Below, one piece after another: positions 40,880-54,089 of a stretch of DNA of 64,000 bases; the first letter of the stretch is position 1, and each line of letters begins with the position of its first letter. The notes under the pieces were generated by a model. That model was not told where the DNA came from. It saw nothing but the letters and a program-made list of their open reading frames with translations, and made no database searches. Source of the stretch: Vicugna vicugna (Eukaryota); the NCBI GenBank assembly GCA_013265495.1, contig MU058384.1:3261010-3325009 (forward strand). The letters are read 5' to 3'. The position numbers and the translations under genes were made by a program.

Positions 40880-40980
40880 AGACTTGAATCAGGAAGAGGG
40901 GAATTTGGGTGCACATCTCATTCTCACCCCTAACTAGCTGGGTAAATTTGGCGGGTCACTTCACCCCTCTCAGGCTTTTA
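40880..40980 (+). mobile_element. MIR fragment
   Basis: taactagctgggtaaatttggcgggtcacttcacccctctc. Confidence 0.6.
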
Positions 40981-41144
40981 GAAAACAATGAGGCAGGAGT
41001 TTTACTTTTAAAGTTCCTTCTAATAAAAGGTTCTGTATTTTTTTAAATAGCTAAATGACATTGTTTCTCTCTGCCCTACAAGTGTGGCTCATGGCTACAC
41101 AGTAACATTAGAATAACAGCCAACTCTGAGCTTTATCCTTAGCC

Positions 41145-41717
41145 TTTCTTTTTTTCCCATTTTTTAAAATTGAAGTATAGTTGATTTACAATGTCATATT
41201 AATTTCTGGTGTACAGCAACTGATTCAGTTATACATACATATATATATTCTTTTCTGTTACAGGGTACTATGAGCTATTGAATATAGCTCCCTGTGCTAT
41301 ACAGTAGGACCTTGCTGTTTATCTTTTCTGTATATAGTAGTTTGTATCCACAAATCCCTAACTCCCAATTTATTCCTTTGCATCCCTTTTGCCCCATGGT
41401 AACCATGTTTTTTTCTATGTCTGTGAGTCTGTTTCTGTCCTATAAATAAATTTGTTTGTCATTTTTTTAGATTCTGCATACGAGTGATAGCATGTGATAT
41501 TTGTCTTTGTCTGATTTACTTCACTTAATATGATAATCTCTAGGTCCATCCATGTTGCTGCAGATGACATTATTTCATTCCTTTTATGGCTGAGTAGTAT
41601 TCCATTGTGTGTGTGTGTGTGTGTGTGTGTGCATGTGTGTCTGTACATACACACACACACACATCACAACTTTCTTACCTGGTCATCTGTCAGTGGACAT
41701 TTCGGTTGTCTCCATGC
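41145..41717 (-). mobile_element. young L1 (ORF2 C-terminal remnant and 3' UTR)
   Basis: Minus-strand frame translates SAATWMDLEIIILSEVNQ (L1 ORF2 C-terminus); poly(T) at left end. Confidence 0.92.
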
Positions 41718-43015
41718 ATAAACCTTCTCTTGAGGCTTCTTAACAGCACTGTTGGACATATATAGTTATTATTCCACTTTACAAAAATCACCCCCAGGAT
41801 TTCAAAATATTTCTAAAAATAATAAGGAGATCTCTTACAGATCAGCATTGACACAAACCCAGAGACAAGGTCTAAAGTATAGTATGTGCCCACTTTGCCA
41901 TTTTTCCCTTTCTGTCTCCCTGGGTCCCAACTTCCTCTGTGAAATGGGTATATCCTATATCTCCAAAGCAGAGACCAGAGCAAATGTGCTCTTTAGATTA
42001 TTGCCAGATCTAAAATACATGCCCATGGCCACATGGTCTCCTATGATTGGCTGTGCAGAGGTTGGTTACTAGGCAGTCAAGGAAAAGCTTCTGTTAAAAA
42101 GGAGCATTCATAGACCACCTAGACGTAAGACTGTGACTACATAGAAAATGTCCGACACGGGCGTTTGGGGAAGTCTTAGGGCTGCCTCTGATGATCAATA
42201 TGAAGCAGCCCAAGAGTGAGGGCAGACCTGATGAAGATGCAGTTCAGCAAAGTAATGCACATGGATCAGAAGCCAACCTAAGGGTTTACTATGGATAGTC
42301 TCAGTGTTAAATATCGTGTAGATCAATATTTTAGTTTTTTCCTTCATTTTGCCTCCTTATTTACATGCTGTCTTGTCACTTTCACATTACTACTATTTTC
42401 AAGGTGACACAACATTTTCTAATTGCTTTTTGAAGTTTTGGGGTTAGAGTTTTTGACATCTCGAATAAAAGATCACTCCTAGGCTCACCTGATGCACCCA
42501 TTTTCTCATTAATTTCCTAAGATCATATATGACAACCAGACACCACATTCCAAGCCCAGAGCTGAAATCAGTAAATGGTGTTAACAGATGTGACACACTG
42601 ACAGGTTAAATGTGATTTTATTTCACATGAATAAATATGCACGTTGCACTGAGTCAATGGATTCTCAAAGTCCACTGAAAATCATCAAAATTTAAAGAGT
42701 AAAATTATGTTAGATAAGCCAACATGGGTAGGTGAGCACTATTAGTTTAACAGTATTTGTGTAATTCAAGAGGTCTAAATGCAAAATTCTGTGTCATGTT
42801 TCATGGCATAAGCAATCAGATTTGATAAAAATAGCCCTACACACCTAAGATTCCTGCCATATGCAAAGCAGAGCTGGTTAGGAGATTTGTGAGGAAATTT
42901 CATTTTCTTTTGAATACCTTAGCCATTGCTTATGACAGGATGGATAAAGAGAACAGCGATTTACATCAACTTGTATTTCTCTAACCATTTGATTCATTTT
43001 TTGAGTCTTTGCAAT

Positions 43016-43750
43016 CTTTTAATTTTATTTTTGAGATACAACTGATATATAAATTGCCTTAGTTTTAGGTGTACAACGTAATTATTTGATCTATATATAT
43101 GTTGTGAAGTGACAACCAGAATAAGTTTAGTTAACATCCATCACCTTACATAATCACAAGTTTCACATGTGTGGTTGATGAGAACTTTTAGGATCTACTC
43201 TGTTAGCAACTTTCAAACATGCAATACAGTATTGTTAACTATAGTCACCATGCCGTACATTATACCTGAGGACGTAATTGTCTTATAACTGGAGGTCCGT
43301 ACCTCTTGACCACCTTCATCTATTTCACCCAGCCCTCCACCCTCTGCCTCTGGCAACCACCAATCTGTTGTCTGTATCTATGAGTTCAGTTTTTTTTTTT
43401 CTTTTTAAGATTCCACATATAAGTGAGATCATACTGTCTTTGTCTTTCTCTGCCTGATTTATTTTGCTTAGCATAGTGGTCTCAAGGTCCATCCTTATTG
43501 TTTGCCAAATGGCAAGATTTCCTTCTTTTATGATTGAATAATATTTTGCTTTATATTGAACATGTAAAGATTTCATATATTTAAGTAAATTTTATTTATG
43601 TAAATATTTCATATATATATTTATACCACATCTTCTTTATCCACTCATCCAATCATGGGCACGTAAACTGTTGACATGCCTTCGCTATGGGTAATCATGG
43701 TCAATGAACATGGGGCTGCAGATGTCTTTTCGAGATAGTGATCTCATTCC
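43016..43750 (-). mobile_element. L1MA-type 3' end with ORF2 remnant
   Basis: Translation MDLETTMLSKINQAEKDK..MISLICGI; possible TSD ccatttgatt at 42985 and 43750. Confidence 0.88.
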
Positions 43751-46414
43751 CATTTGATTTTTTTAATAGTGTGCTTTTATTGGTCTTTTCCAAGTAGTCA
43801 CAAGTAGACATTGAAATTAGCTTTGGTGAGGGAGAGCTTCATCCTCGACCATTCTTTCTACAGGTAGGATTGGTACATGGGTTCCCACAGGCCTTCCAAA
43901 GAGTAAGAAAACAAAGCGCATCTGCCACCCTCAGGAGAAAAGCATTTACTCTCATAGAGAAACACCCACTCTGTTTTCTACCTCGTATAAATAAGTCTTG
44001 TAAAAGCAGAGTTACCTATACACCATTTACTAAGTTCATTTCCATCATTTTTAGTTAATATATATTAACTCATTCTGAAAATAAACTTTTAAGCATAATA
44101 AGCTATTAAAATTTCCAGCTATGTGTATCCAAGTGCAGTGTTTTGCTTATTAGCCATCTTTAAAGATGAATAGGTCTGTAAAAGCAAATTGTACAATAAT
44201 GTAAACTTTACCACTTACGAGAAAGTTGCTTTTCCCCCTACTTTTCATGGAATTTTGCTTTAAATATACACTTCACCTTTTAGAATAGAGGATATTGAAC
44301 CAGGTGACATCAGTTAAACCTGTCCTTGTGATACAGAGTTTCCCCTAGAAACAAGAGTATTTTTTGTGCAGAATTACAACTCTGTCCTGAATTCCCCTTC
44401 TTCTGAGCAGAATGTCAGTTGTCCCATCGCCCCTCCCTTTAATAGTTCTCACCCTTCCGGTTCCTTTCTTCAATGTTATTATGACCAGGAAAACGCACCC
44501 AAACAAAGAGACGATGAGGCTTAGAGTGAGTTACTAAAGAACTAAAGTGCATACTTCTAGGGCAAGGGGTTTGTGATGGAGATTTTGCAGACCAGTGGCA
44601 TCTCTTACTTACTTTGTACTGTCCTCGAGCACAAGGTTTCCTTAAATCTGACCCTAGAAGAGTGGAGTGTTAATGTCAGAGTCTGCATATCCCTTAAGGA
44701 TTATAATGCACTGTTTCCCAAATGGTTGAAAAATAAAAATCCACAATATAAATGTGCAATGTGTGTGTGTGGTTCACATAGTTTCTGGGATGCATGAAGA
44801 AAGCATCATTTCTTTATCTCAGACTTCTCCAGCATCAATCCATAACTCCCATTAAAGCCACACCGGAGAGGAGGCCTGTCTTTTCCAGGCTTCTCAATGA
44901 TTTGACAATCTCTGCCCCCACCTCCACTCCCCATTTTTGTTTCCATGCCCCATAGTATTGCTCTACAAAGCGAGCCACAAAGTGGGTCTGGGAACGCTTT
45001 TGGCAAAGAATGCCCCTGTTCTGTGGGATAGCCCAGAGGTGCCCCAGAATGAGACCACAGGCGTCCTGAGGATGCTGACCCGACCCTGGGAACTCCAGAG
45101 GTTGACACAGAGGTCGAGAACCGATGTCCCCTGGATGCCTGCGGTGCTGTTGTATGCCCCTATCCCACTGGGCGGCCGTCAGCATCACAGCGGACATTGA
45201 TTTTGACTAGAAATCGTGCCTTATTGTGAGAGGTTGCACTGGTAAGCAAGGAGGATTTTCATAAAAAGATCCATTAGGGGATCTGTGTAGGAGGTTACAG
45301 ACCTACTGCATGTATATGCCCCAGGTTACTCCTCATCAAATTTATTGTCTTACCTTTCTATAGGTTGAGATCAAAAGATAATAAATTACCTTCCTTTTCT
45401 GCCGCAGACAAGGGACAGCGTAAGTAATTCATCTTCCACTCCTCCTTTCTCCATAGAAAACACAGAAGGTATTGTCAAGGTCATTTCAGCGCAGTCAGTG
45501 TCTTCACCATACTCCCAAAGAAGAATCGCTGCTTCTCTGTATCGGTACCAGGCACTATCCCTTAAGCCTTCTGTACACTGAAGAATGACATACCTGGGGG
45601 AGAGAAACTGATACCTTGGAAGTTCCTTGATGGCTTTCTTTTCTCTCCTACCAGGCTCCTTTATCTAGTTCCTTTTGACTTGTGGTTTATCGAGTGTTAT
45701 ATATGTGAGTATCATTCAAGTATAACTTCCACCCTCCCCCAGCAATTCAGAAGACGAAAGATATGTGCCCAAAAGAATGAGAGGGGTCCCCTGACACCTG
45801 CCTGACTGCCTCCTGCGTTCTCAGGTTGACAAACCAGTTCTCCATCCCCTGTGCCGTCCCATCCCACAGAAATTACATGGAAATGTAGGTGTGGATCTTC
45901 TGCTTTGTTTAAACTGCACGAAGGGTCTCAGGGAAGTGAACTTCCTTTGTGTAAGTTGCAGAGAGATCCAACCTGCTATCTGTGGCATCGGGTGAAGGGG
46001 GCGCCTCAAGGAAGACTAATTATGACAAGCAAATTCCTTCACCCTAGAGCCTGAGCTGCCTTCATGCTGTAGCAAGCCGTCAACCACAGGTGCTCCCAGG
46101 GTGGAGACTGGCCACCCGCCCAGGTTCTGAGGACCCCACAGAGATGAACTAGACACTGTACATGTGTATCACTATACATTTATTATCTATAAAATATGTG
46201 TTACTATGTATTTCTTATAGCTAAGACTTCACCAGTGAAAAGATGGGCATGCATGCACTTAACAATGACTTCAATTTCACAAAGATAACTGCTGGTTATA
46301 ACCATCTTTTAAACTAGCCATAAAAATACAACCATTGCCACAGTTACTTAATCTTAAACCTTCACACATTTGTGTTTTTTTGGGGGATTGAGCTTTCCTG
46401 ATTGTTTCACAAAA

Positions 46415-46505
46415 TATATATACATCAATACATTATGCTGCACACCTTAAACTCACACAGTGCTGTATATCAATTATAATTCAACATAACTGGGGGAAAA
46501 AAGAG
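46415..46505 (+). mobile_element. L1M 3' end fragment
   Basis: catcaatacattatgctgcacaccttaaactcacacagtgctgtatatcaattata. Confidence 0.65.
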
Positions 46506-48184
46506 TTTTTTAAGTTTCTTTTGAAGTAGACAGTCTAAGATCAGAAACAACTCTGCATATAAAATCATAGTAGTAATATCTTAATAAAAATAACATCTAA
46601 GTAATGTCAATAAAAAATTCAGTACACACTTCTCCTTTCCCTCTTCATCACCATGATTTTCTTAATAGTTCCTTTAAGTTTTCTTTCTAATTACCTACAA
46701 GTCAGAGTGATGAAGACAGGACCTATTCTGAATGAGGACATGGAAGTTATCACTTATTTAAGTTAAGATGTTAAGATCATTTGAGGAGCATACCAGAACT
46801 CAGAGGTCAGAATATACGATAGGGCACCTTTAATATTAATAGATAGCATATTAATTTTAGAAATGTTTAATTTTGGTAATCCAAAAAGACAGCCCACATA
46901 TAGTAATTATCCAGTTCTAAAGTAGCATACAGACCATTTTACTGGTACATGAAAGATGGCGAGACGGCATCTATCGTGGCCTAAATACACTTCCTTGTGA
47001 AACACCTAGTTACCGCAGGGGCCTCCATCAGACACTAGAAGGTCTGGACTCTCAAAGCACATAATAGCCGTATTGTCTCCACAAATTGTTAATTTTTTTG
47101 GAGAGATGAAAATAAGAGTAGGCGGGAGAGGATATAACAAAATAACAAAATATGCCAGGGGGAGCTTTCAAAAATAGTAGCTCTTTTTTTATCCTCTTTC
47201 TTTTCTCCTTGAATGGTGTCAAGGCACAAAGACTCTGCAGGCTTCCCTCAGCAGACGTTCGGCCAGGGATCACCCCTACTCTGAGGTCTCTCCTGCTGGG
47301 AGGGCTCCACACTTTCTCCACCATCCCCCTCCTCTGTTCCTCTCCCAGTCTCATTCCCAAATGCAGTGTGTGAACGAGTGTGACCCCAGCCTGTTCACCA
47401 TTAGAGCTGGACCAGCGTGCTTCAGGTAAACCAAAGCAACTCCACAGCACAGACATGTGCATCTCTGGGTGCAAGAGGACGTACCATGACAAGTATAGGT
47501 TCTGAATGATCCGTTATCAAAGTGAAAATAACATACAGCAGTGGGCTTTGTTAACTTTAGGGAACTCTAGGAATATGTTTGTGATCTAAATGAATATATT
47601 CACATCCTGTATCTGCATAATCTGGGGAGGCTGCTGATCTTACCTAATCAGAAGAAAGTTCACAAATAAGACAGAACTATCACTATTTAATGGAAAGGGA
47701 GTTGACCAGAACGTGAAAAGTGAGAAACCGGCTGTGAACACGGAGAATATTGCACTTGGATTGTATTCTGCCCTTCCACCCTGCACTGATGCAAAAAGAC
47801 TCCAGTGCCTCGTTCCTCTGGGTTCTAGGCCTACCGACAACACTCCGCAGCTTTTTAAGAACAGGAAGGAGCTTGTTCTTGTTCCATTCCTCGTTCGAAT
47901 TTGCAGCTGCAGAGTCCAACCTCAGCCCGGAACCTGACGTGTATCACATCGTTAGCCATGAGGAGAGCCGTTCACCATCACAATCGTTTCTCTAACAGTA
48001 TGCTGATGACAGTTGGGCATCTAGGGTCTGGTCCTAATTCAGAGCCAGTTCTGTCCAAGGCACTTGGCCTTTGGCCTCTTGTCTGACGCACAATAGCCAA
48101 GGACTTGAAGCAACACTATGTCCATTCTTCTCACTGTTGCTTACGCATGTTAAAGAAACAACTTCATTCAGGTTTGAACTTTTT

Positions 48185-48560
48185 TTCCCGCGGATGGTTT
48201 TATCTGGCTTCCTCCTGCCCTACCCACGGAGCACCCCCACCTCCAAAGATTAGCCAAGGGCTTCTTTCTGCAGTTGGCGCCAATGGTGCCACCTTGTGGG
48301 CACCCCTCCGGTTCCTGAAAATAGCGGTTCATCGCAGGGAGCTGCCGACCAGCCTTCCCGGGCCTGGGAAACTTGCTCCTCCGAGCCTCGCAGGGCTGCT
48401 CCTAGCGGCCCACCCCCGGCCAGGCCGCGCCCCAACTGTCGGCCTGCAGTTGAGCAACGCAGCATCCTCGTCGGCTGTGCGGGCTTCAGCCCGGGGAGGC
48501 ACAGACCGCTTCCAGGAGGCCTCGCATCTGATTAGCGGGAGCCAATGAGAAGGCTCGGAA
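48185..48560. promoter_or_regulatory. small CpG-island-like segment
   Basis: About 25 CpG in about 370 bp by manual count, GC-rich; CCAAT at about 48280 and 48542. Confidence 0.55.
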
Positions 48561-48841
48561 GAGGCAGTGGTTGCCAAAAGAGCAGATGTGTCTGAAGTCT
48601 GCACCAGTTCATCTGGTGACCTTCTGAAATCGGTGAAAGATTTATATTGCTAATTATAGACTTTTTTCCCCCCAGAATTTAGTCATCCTTTTCTTCATTA
48701 GAAAAAAAAAAGAAAAAGGAAACACGGTTCCAGGTTAAAATCCAATGTTACTTTAGCAAGGATGTCATCAATTTTAGGGATTTCTGCAAACCACCATTTA
48801 GACTTTCTCAAGTCAGACTGGCAAAACGCACAACACACTGA

Positions 48842-48865
48842 ACACACACACACACACACACACAC
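48842..48865. repeat. (AC)12 microsatellite
   Basis: Read directly. Confidence 0.95.
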
Positions 48866-50989
48866 TTTACAGAGATATACCAAATTACAGAGCTCAGTGC
48901 AATAAAAAGACAAATGCACTTTGGTTGGAATTTGGTGTTCATTATAACTTAGAAGTTATGCAAACAGATCTGAGACACCTGAGTTGCCTGGGAGTTTATG
49001 TGTTCATCAGATAATTACTACTGAGAGGAGAGACTAGAAGAAATTGGATAAGGAGCCAGGCCAGACTACAGTAGTTAATTGTTGGGAAGTGTTTGATAAT
49101 TATAGCTAGATACTGTTAGACTATGGGAATTTTCTTCTTCCACTCAAAAGAAAGAAAGAAATGGGGATGGGGGAGAGGGAGGGAGGAAGAAAGAAAATAA
49201 AAGAGGACAAATCCAGAAAGCCTTCTAGAGAGAGATGGTAAAGGGGCCTGTGGTTCTCTTTTGCACAATTCATTGGCTTGCCTGTGGGGCTGCTGTACAC
49301 GGGTTCAAGTTTTCAGTAGCTCCTTCCACAAGCCCCATCAAAATGAAAACAATTCCCTAATGATTTGCCTCAAAAAATGAAAACACGGGTTTCTTGGGTC
49401 TCTCAAACAGGTTTCGCTACAAAAACACGTGCAACAGACCAACAACAAAAACAAAACAAGTGTAATTCACTCTTAGCCAGTGCATTTCCTCTTGCATTAA
49501 GCGGTATAAGATGGGACCCAAATCTGCCTTCCCGTGTTCACGGCAGGACTCCAAGTCCAGAGATACCAGGTGGTCTGCATGCATTTGTAGGAGATCCATG
49601 CTAAATCAGGAATATATTTAAGTATTATGACAAAGGTGTTCTTGCCATGTCATCCCAGGAATAAAATCTGAGTTGTTTCTTTTGAATTATTAAAAAAAAT
49701 TTAACCAGGAGCAAATGAATCAAGTGGTAGTTTTTTTTTTCCATGTTAGCACTTGAGTTACTTTGACATTGCTGCCATTAGGGTAAAGTTTGTAGATTTT
49801 GATCAGAAAGTCTACACAGTCTTATGTCATAGTCAGTTTTAGATTTTTTCTGGGTGAAGAAAATGAACACACGCTATTGGCAAGAATCCCTTTAGCAGTG
49901 CCAGAGGTGACTGTGTCTGGGTTCCCCCCCACCGACCCACATATATAGAGCTGAAACCAACTGCCCACGTGAAGACTCCAAAGCAGCTTTTTCCTGATCC
50001 AGGAAAATTTGTTGTCAGGGACTTGATTGCGTATGAAAGGAATGTTGTTTTGTTTCAGAACACAAGATAGAGCATGAGCTTTCTGAAAGGAGAGATCTTT
50101 TTGTTTTTTTCTCACCAACATGCTCAGACAGAGCTTTCCTTTCAGCTAATTAAGCTGTTTTAAAGCAAACTGGTCAAACAGTGACATCTTAGTGGGGAGC
50201 CTTGGAGTCAATTGCGTGATAGAGAAGGCAGGACACTTAAAGGGTGACTTCTGCTATTGTTTTCTCTGGCTGAATGTTTTCTACTTGGTCAGTGCTGCCA
50301 GAGTGACCCCATACAATTGGGGGAATGTAAAGCCACTGGCCTCAAGAGATGCCATTAAGAAGGCAACCACAGAACAAGATTTCATGGTCCGAAGCCCAAC
50401 TTACTCTCGCCTACCAGGTCCTGATGCTTACAATATTTTATATGTATGTTTTCTTCCTGTCATTAGCATACTGTTAAAACAGCTAAATAAAATGAGAACA
50501 CAACCTTTGGGGATTGCTTTAAATAATTATTCCTGTGTTAATGGAAAATACACAGGCTTTTTCATAAGAGAAATTGTTGAGAATAAAGTCAATTTCTAGA
50601 TAAATGATGGTTCCTTTAAGAGAATGGGGAGAATTCCTAGAACAAAATTCCTCTTGGTTAAATACACAGTAAGGGTGATGGACTATCTCCCCTGTCAAAC
50701 ATTTTTTAAAACGATGTAGGACACCCATTGTCAAAATGGATGGACATAAATCTGATGTTTTGACATCTGCCAGAGTGCACATTTTCCTGTGCTGAATGAG
50801 AAGGGAAAAAATTGAGTTTTCTAGAAACAGTTGTAAGATTGTTGAAAAAATGCTTCTCCTTTGTATTTCTTATATTAAACCACAGCACGTTGCATCAGTC
50901 AGTAGGCTAGAAATGGGTCTTTTAAAATTCTGACAATGTTAAAGAAATTTTTTTCATGAATAGCAAATGACTCATTATTTCCAGCCAAG

Positions 50990-50991
<2 letters not shown>

Positions 50992-51021
<30 letters not shown>
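50992..51021. repeat. (GT)15 microsatellite
   Basis: Read directly. Confidence 0.95.
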
Positions 51022-51024
<3 letters not shown>

Positions 51025-51409
51025 TACCAAACAGTGTGATTCTGGGCCTAATTACAATGAAAACTGTGTAGAGTGTCTTCTTATAAAGGTCAGATGCCAC
51101 CTGTTTAGATAGGAGACCTGTGACAAAATGAATTGAAAATAGTTAAAAACAGAAGGAGGAAGGTGTTGTAGCTACTTTTCAATTCTTCTTTACAAGAGAT
51201 GTCACACTAAGGTCAATATTTATGTAAGGGGGATCCTGTTTTCCTTTGACTTTTAAACATCAATGATACTAAAATTAAGTAATCCATATACACAGAACAT
51301 CTTGATGATGAGGAAGTGGGCAGACGCTCACCAACTCTTACCAAGTGCCTACTGACAGGAGGGTTACTGAGAACAGTGTTACTTGACAGCACTGTTGCCT
51401 CGTGATTAA

Positions 51410-51810
51410 AACAGAAGCTTTAGGAACAAAATTTCACCTGCCTGCTTCACCACTTCTCGCTGCGAAGACTTCAGCAGGGTACATAACCTCTCTGTTCTTC
51501 AGTTAAACCTGAGGCAGGAAGCTGATAATGTACTACCCCACCGGGACGCTGTGAGTATTAAACGAGTTAAGTGGCACAAGTGAGTCACACTGCAAATATC
51601 GGTAAGCATGATTGCTGTGGGCCAGCATTATGCTAAGCGCTTTACATACATTATCACTTGTCATTGTCCCAGAAGTCCCATAAGGACTAGGTCATCTCTC
51701 CTTTATAAGGCTGGGAAGTTCATGGAATCTACTGACTCATTCTACGGTCACAGAGCACAGCTTTAACCCAATTCACCTGACTCCACAATCTACATTATTC
51801 CATATGTACT
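51410..51810. mobile_element. two MIR SINEs tail to tail (+ then -)
   Basis: cataacctctctgttcttcagtt...gtgagtattaaacgagtta, then ccagcattatgctaagcgctttacatacattatcactt...ggtcacagagc. Confidence 0.65.
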
Positions 51811-52369
51811 GTTTCTCAAATAAACATCAACATAGATATCTTTGTCTGTTTGATTTTGAAAATGTAGAAATGTGGGAAATAAACACTCGAAATTCCATCT
51901 TCACGGAGCAGCACCCTTGACATTTTGATAGATTGTCTTTTTTTATATACAGAAAGTATTACACAGCACGCATCATTTGTGTACAACACAAAGATCTTTT
52001 ATGTGTAAAGGAGAAACTTGGCCATATTTATACAGCCATGCTCAGGAAAGGTGTACCCCAAGTATGAGGCTGCTCTGAAACCACCCAGAAATACAGGAAA
52101 AGGAAGAATTCGAGTGACTTTTAACTCACTGCTGACACCTTCCAGCAGCAGGAGACATTACTTGGTCCCAGAAGGCAGCGGCTCTGGTGTGACACGGGTC
52201 CACCTCGTGCACTGGCTCTAGCTCTCCATTCTCAGTTCTGGGCTCCTATTGTAGAACCAATGGCACTTGGCAAAGAAGGACCGCCAGGTCCCTGCCCCGC
52301 CTAGATACAGTGCTCACACATCATTGCTGCCGGAAGGGCTGCTCAGATGAGTCGAGCAGAGGAAAGAAG

Positions 52370-52535
52370 ACAGTGGTTAGAAACAGGTGGACCTGGGGAC
52401 TGACTTCAGCTCTGCCATTGTCAAGCTACCACGTGACTTCACTGAGTCAAGTTTTCTCCTCAAAAATTTGGAATAATTTTTATCTTTCCAGAGTGGTTGT
52501 GAGGATCAAAAAAAAAAAAGTGCATGAAATGCTTG
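52370..52535 (+). mobile_element. MIR SINE
   Basis: gtggttaga...cagctctgccatt...gagtggttgtgaggatcaaa. Confidence 0.7.
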
Positions 52536-53299
52536 GAGTGGTGACTCTGTTGTTCCAGGTGCTGCACATGAGCGGTTCCCTGCCCTCGCCTACTGTTCAG
52601 ATGACCACAGGGCTCTATTGGTCCCTGGAGAACAGTGCCATCTCCAAGTGTAGAGGCCATGGGTCATATTCTTGCTCTAGGTGCCTCAATGTGGCAGTAA
52701 TTCAAGTCTGTAGAGAAGGTCAAAATGACAAATGAAGTACTGAATTTTTTTTTTTTTTAAGTAGCTGCAAAGATAATGATGTCAGGGCCAAGGAGTAGAA
52801 CAAAGGAAATGCTGACTTTACAAAATTAAACACAGAAGGCCTTGCGTGCATAGACGCTATCAAACCACTCAAGGAATTGGGGATTGTTACTCAGTCTTCA
52901 TTCGGTTGAGTCGGGGAAGACTGGAAGTAAGAAGAATTCCACTATTGAGTGATGGAAAGATCTCTAATGTTCTTGAGTAGAGTCAACATAATGTTTTTGG
53001 ATGTAAGGAAGGCTTATTTGTGGAACAGTTGGGAAATAAGGTTGAAGCTCCCAACACAATTTTCCCACGTGCACGAGAAGACTTTAAATCTAACTTGCAG
53101 CGTGATGTCAGCAAGATAGAGGAAACATGTTGGTTCATATGCAGATTTTCCCTTTTGAACAGTCATGGACAACCTTTCTCACAAGTCATGTTCTATCAGT
53201 ATTTGAAAGTCATAAGAAAAAGGTGAAAACCTGACAGAGTGCACTTTCTTTAGTACAAGGAGTGACTGGCTCAGTCCCTATAGTTTCCTTTATGTTAAA

Positions 53300-53960
53300 C
53301 TGTCTACACATTAAAGTTTATAGCAGCTTTCTTCATAATTGCCAAAACTTGGAAGCAACCAGGATGTCCTTCAATAGGTGAAGAGATAAGCAAACTGTGG
53401 TACATCCACACATTGGAATGTTATTTAAATCTAAAAAGAAATGAGCTATAGAGCCATGAAAAGAAGAAGAAATATGTGGAAGAAAAAAACACATATTCCT
53501 GAGTGAAAGAAGTCAATCTGAAAAGGCTACATACTGAAGGGGAAGGGTACAGCTCAAGTGGTAGAGCGCATGCTTAGTGTACACGAGGTCCTAGGTTCAA
53601 CCCCCAGTATCTCCTCTAAAAATAAATAAACCTAATTACCTCCCCCTCCCACCACCATGGCCAAAACAAAACAATTAAATAATACAATTTTAAAAGGCTG
53701 TATACTGTATGATTCCTTCTGGAAAAGGCAAAACTATGGAGACAGCAAAAAGATCAGTGGTTGCTAGGGACTAGGGGAGGGGGATGATGAACAAGTGAAA
53801 CACAGAGAATGTTTAGTTTAGTGAAACTATTTTTCTGTATGATACTATAAGGCTGGATACATGTCATTATACATTTGTCAAAACCCATAGAATGCAGAAT
53901 ATAAATAGTGAACTCGAATGTAAACTATGGAGTTAGGCTAAAAATAATGTATAAAAAATT
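53300..53960 (+). mobile_element. L1MB/MC-type 3' region, interrupted by a SINE
   Basis: gcagctttcttcataattgccaaaacttggaagcaacc...ggaaaaggcaaaactatggagacag...aatgtaaactatgga. Confidence 0.85.
53539..53691 (+). mobile_element. tRNA-Ala-derived SINE (Vic-1-like) with TSD
   Basis: A box cagctcaagtgg, B box ggttcaacccc; TSD aaaaggctacatactg (53521-53536) and aaaaggctgtatactg (53692-53707). Confidence 0.92.
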
Positions 53961-54089
53961 TTTTTAATCTATTTTTAAAAAAACTATCTGGGAAACTGAG
54001 AGTATAGATGAAGAAGCTGTGAAGACATTCTGTTCCATGATTTAAAGGTTTTTTTCTGGATTGATGAAGAAATATATGTCTTGGATCAG

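Noticed and set aside
53539..53615. tRNA-Ala gene (also at 9.1, 29.5 and 61.6 kb)
   Set aside because: Disrupted stems, A-rich tails and TSDs identify SINE heads, not tRNA genes
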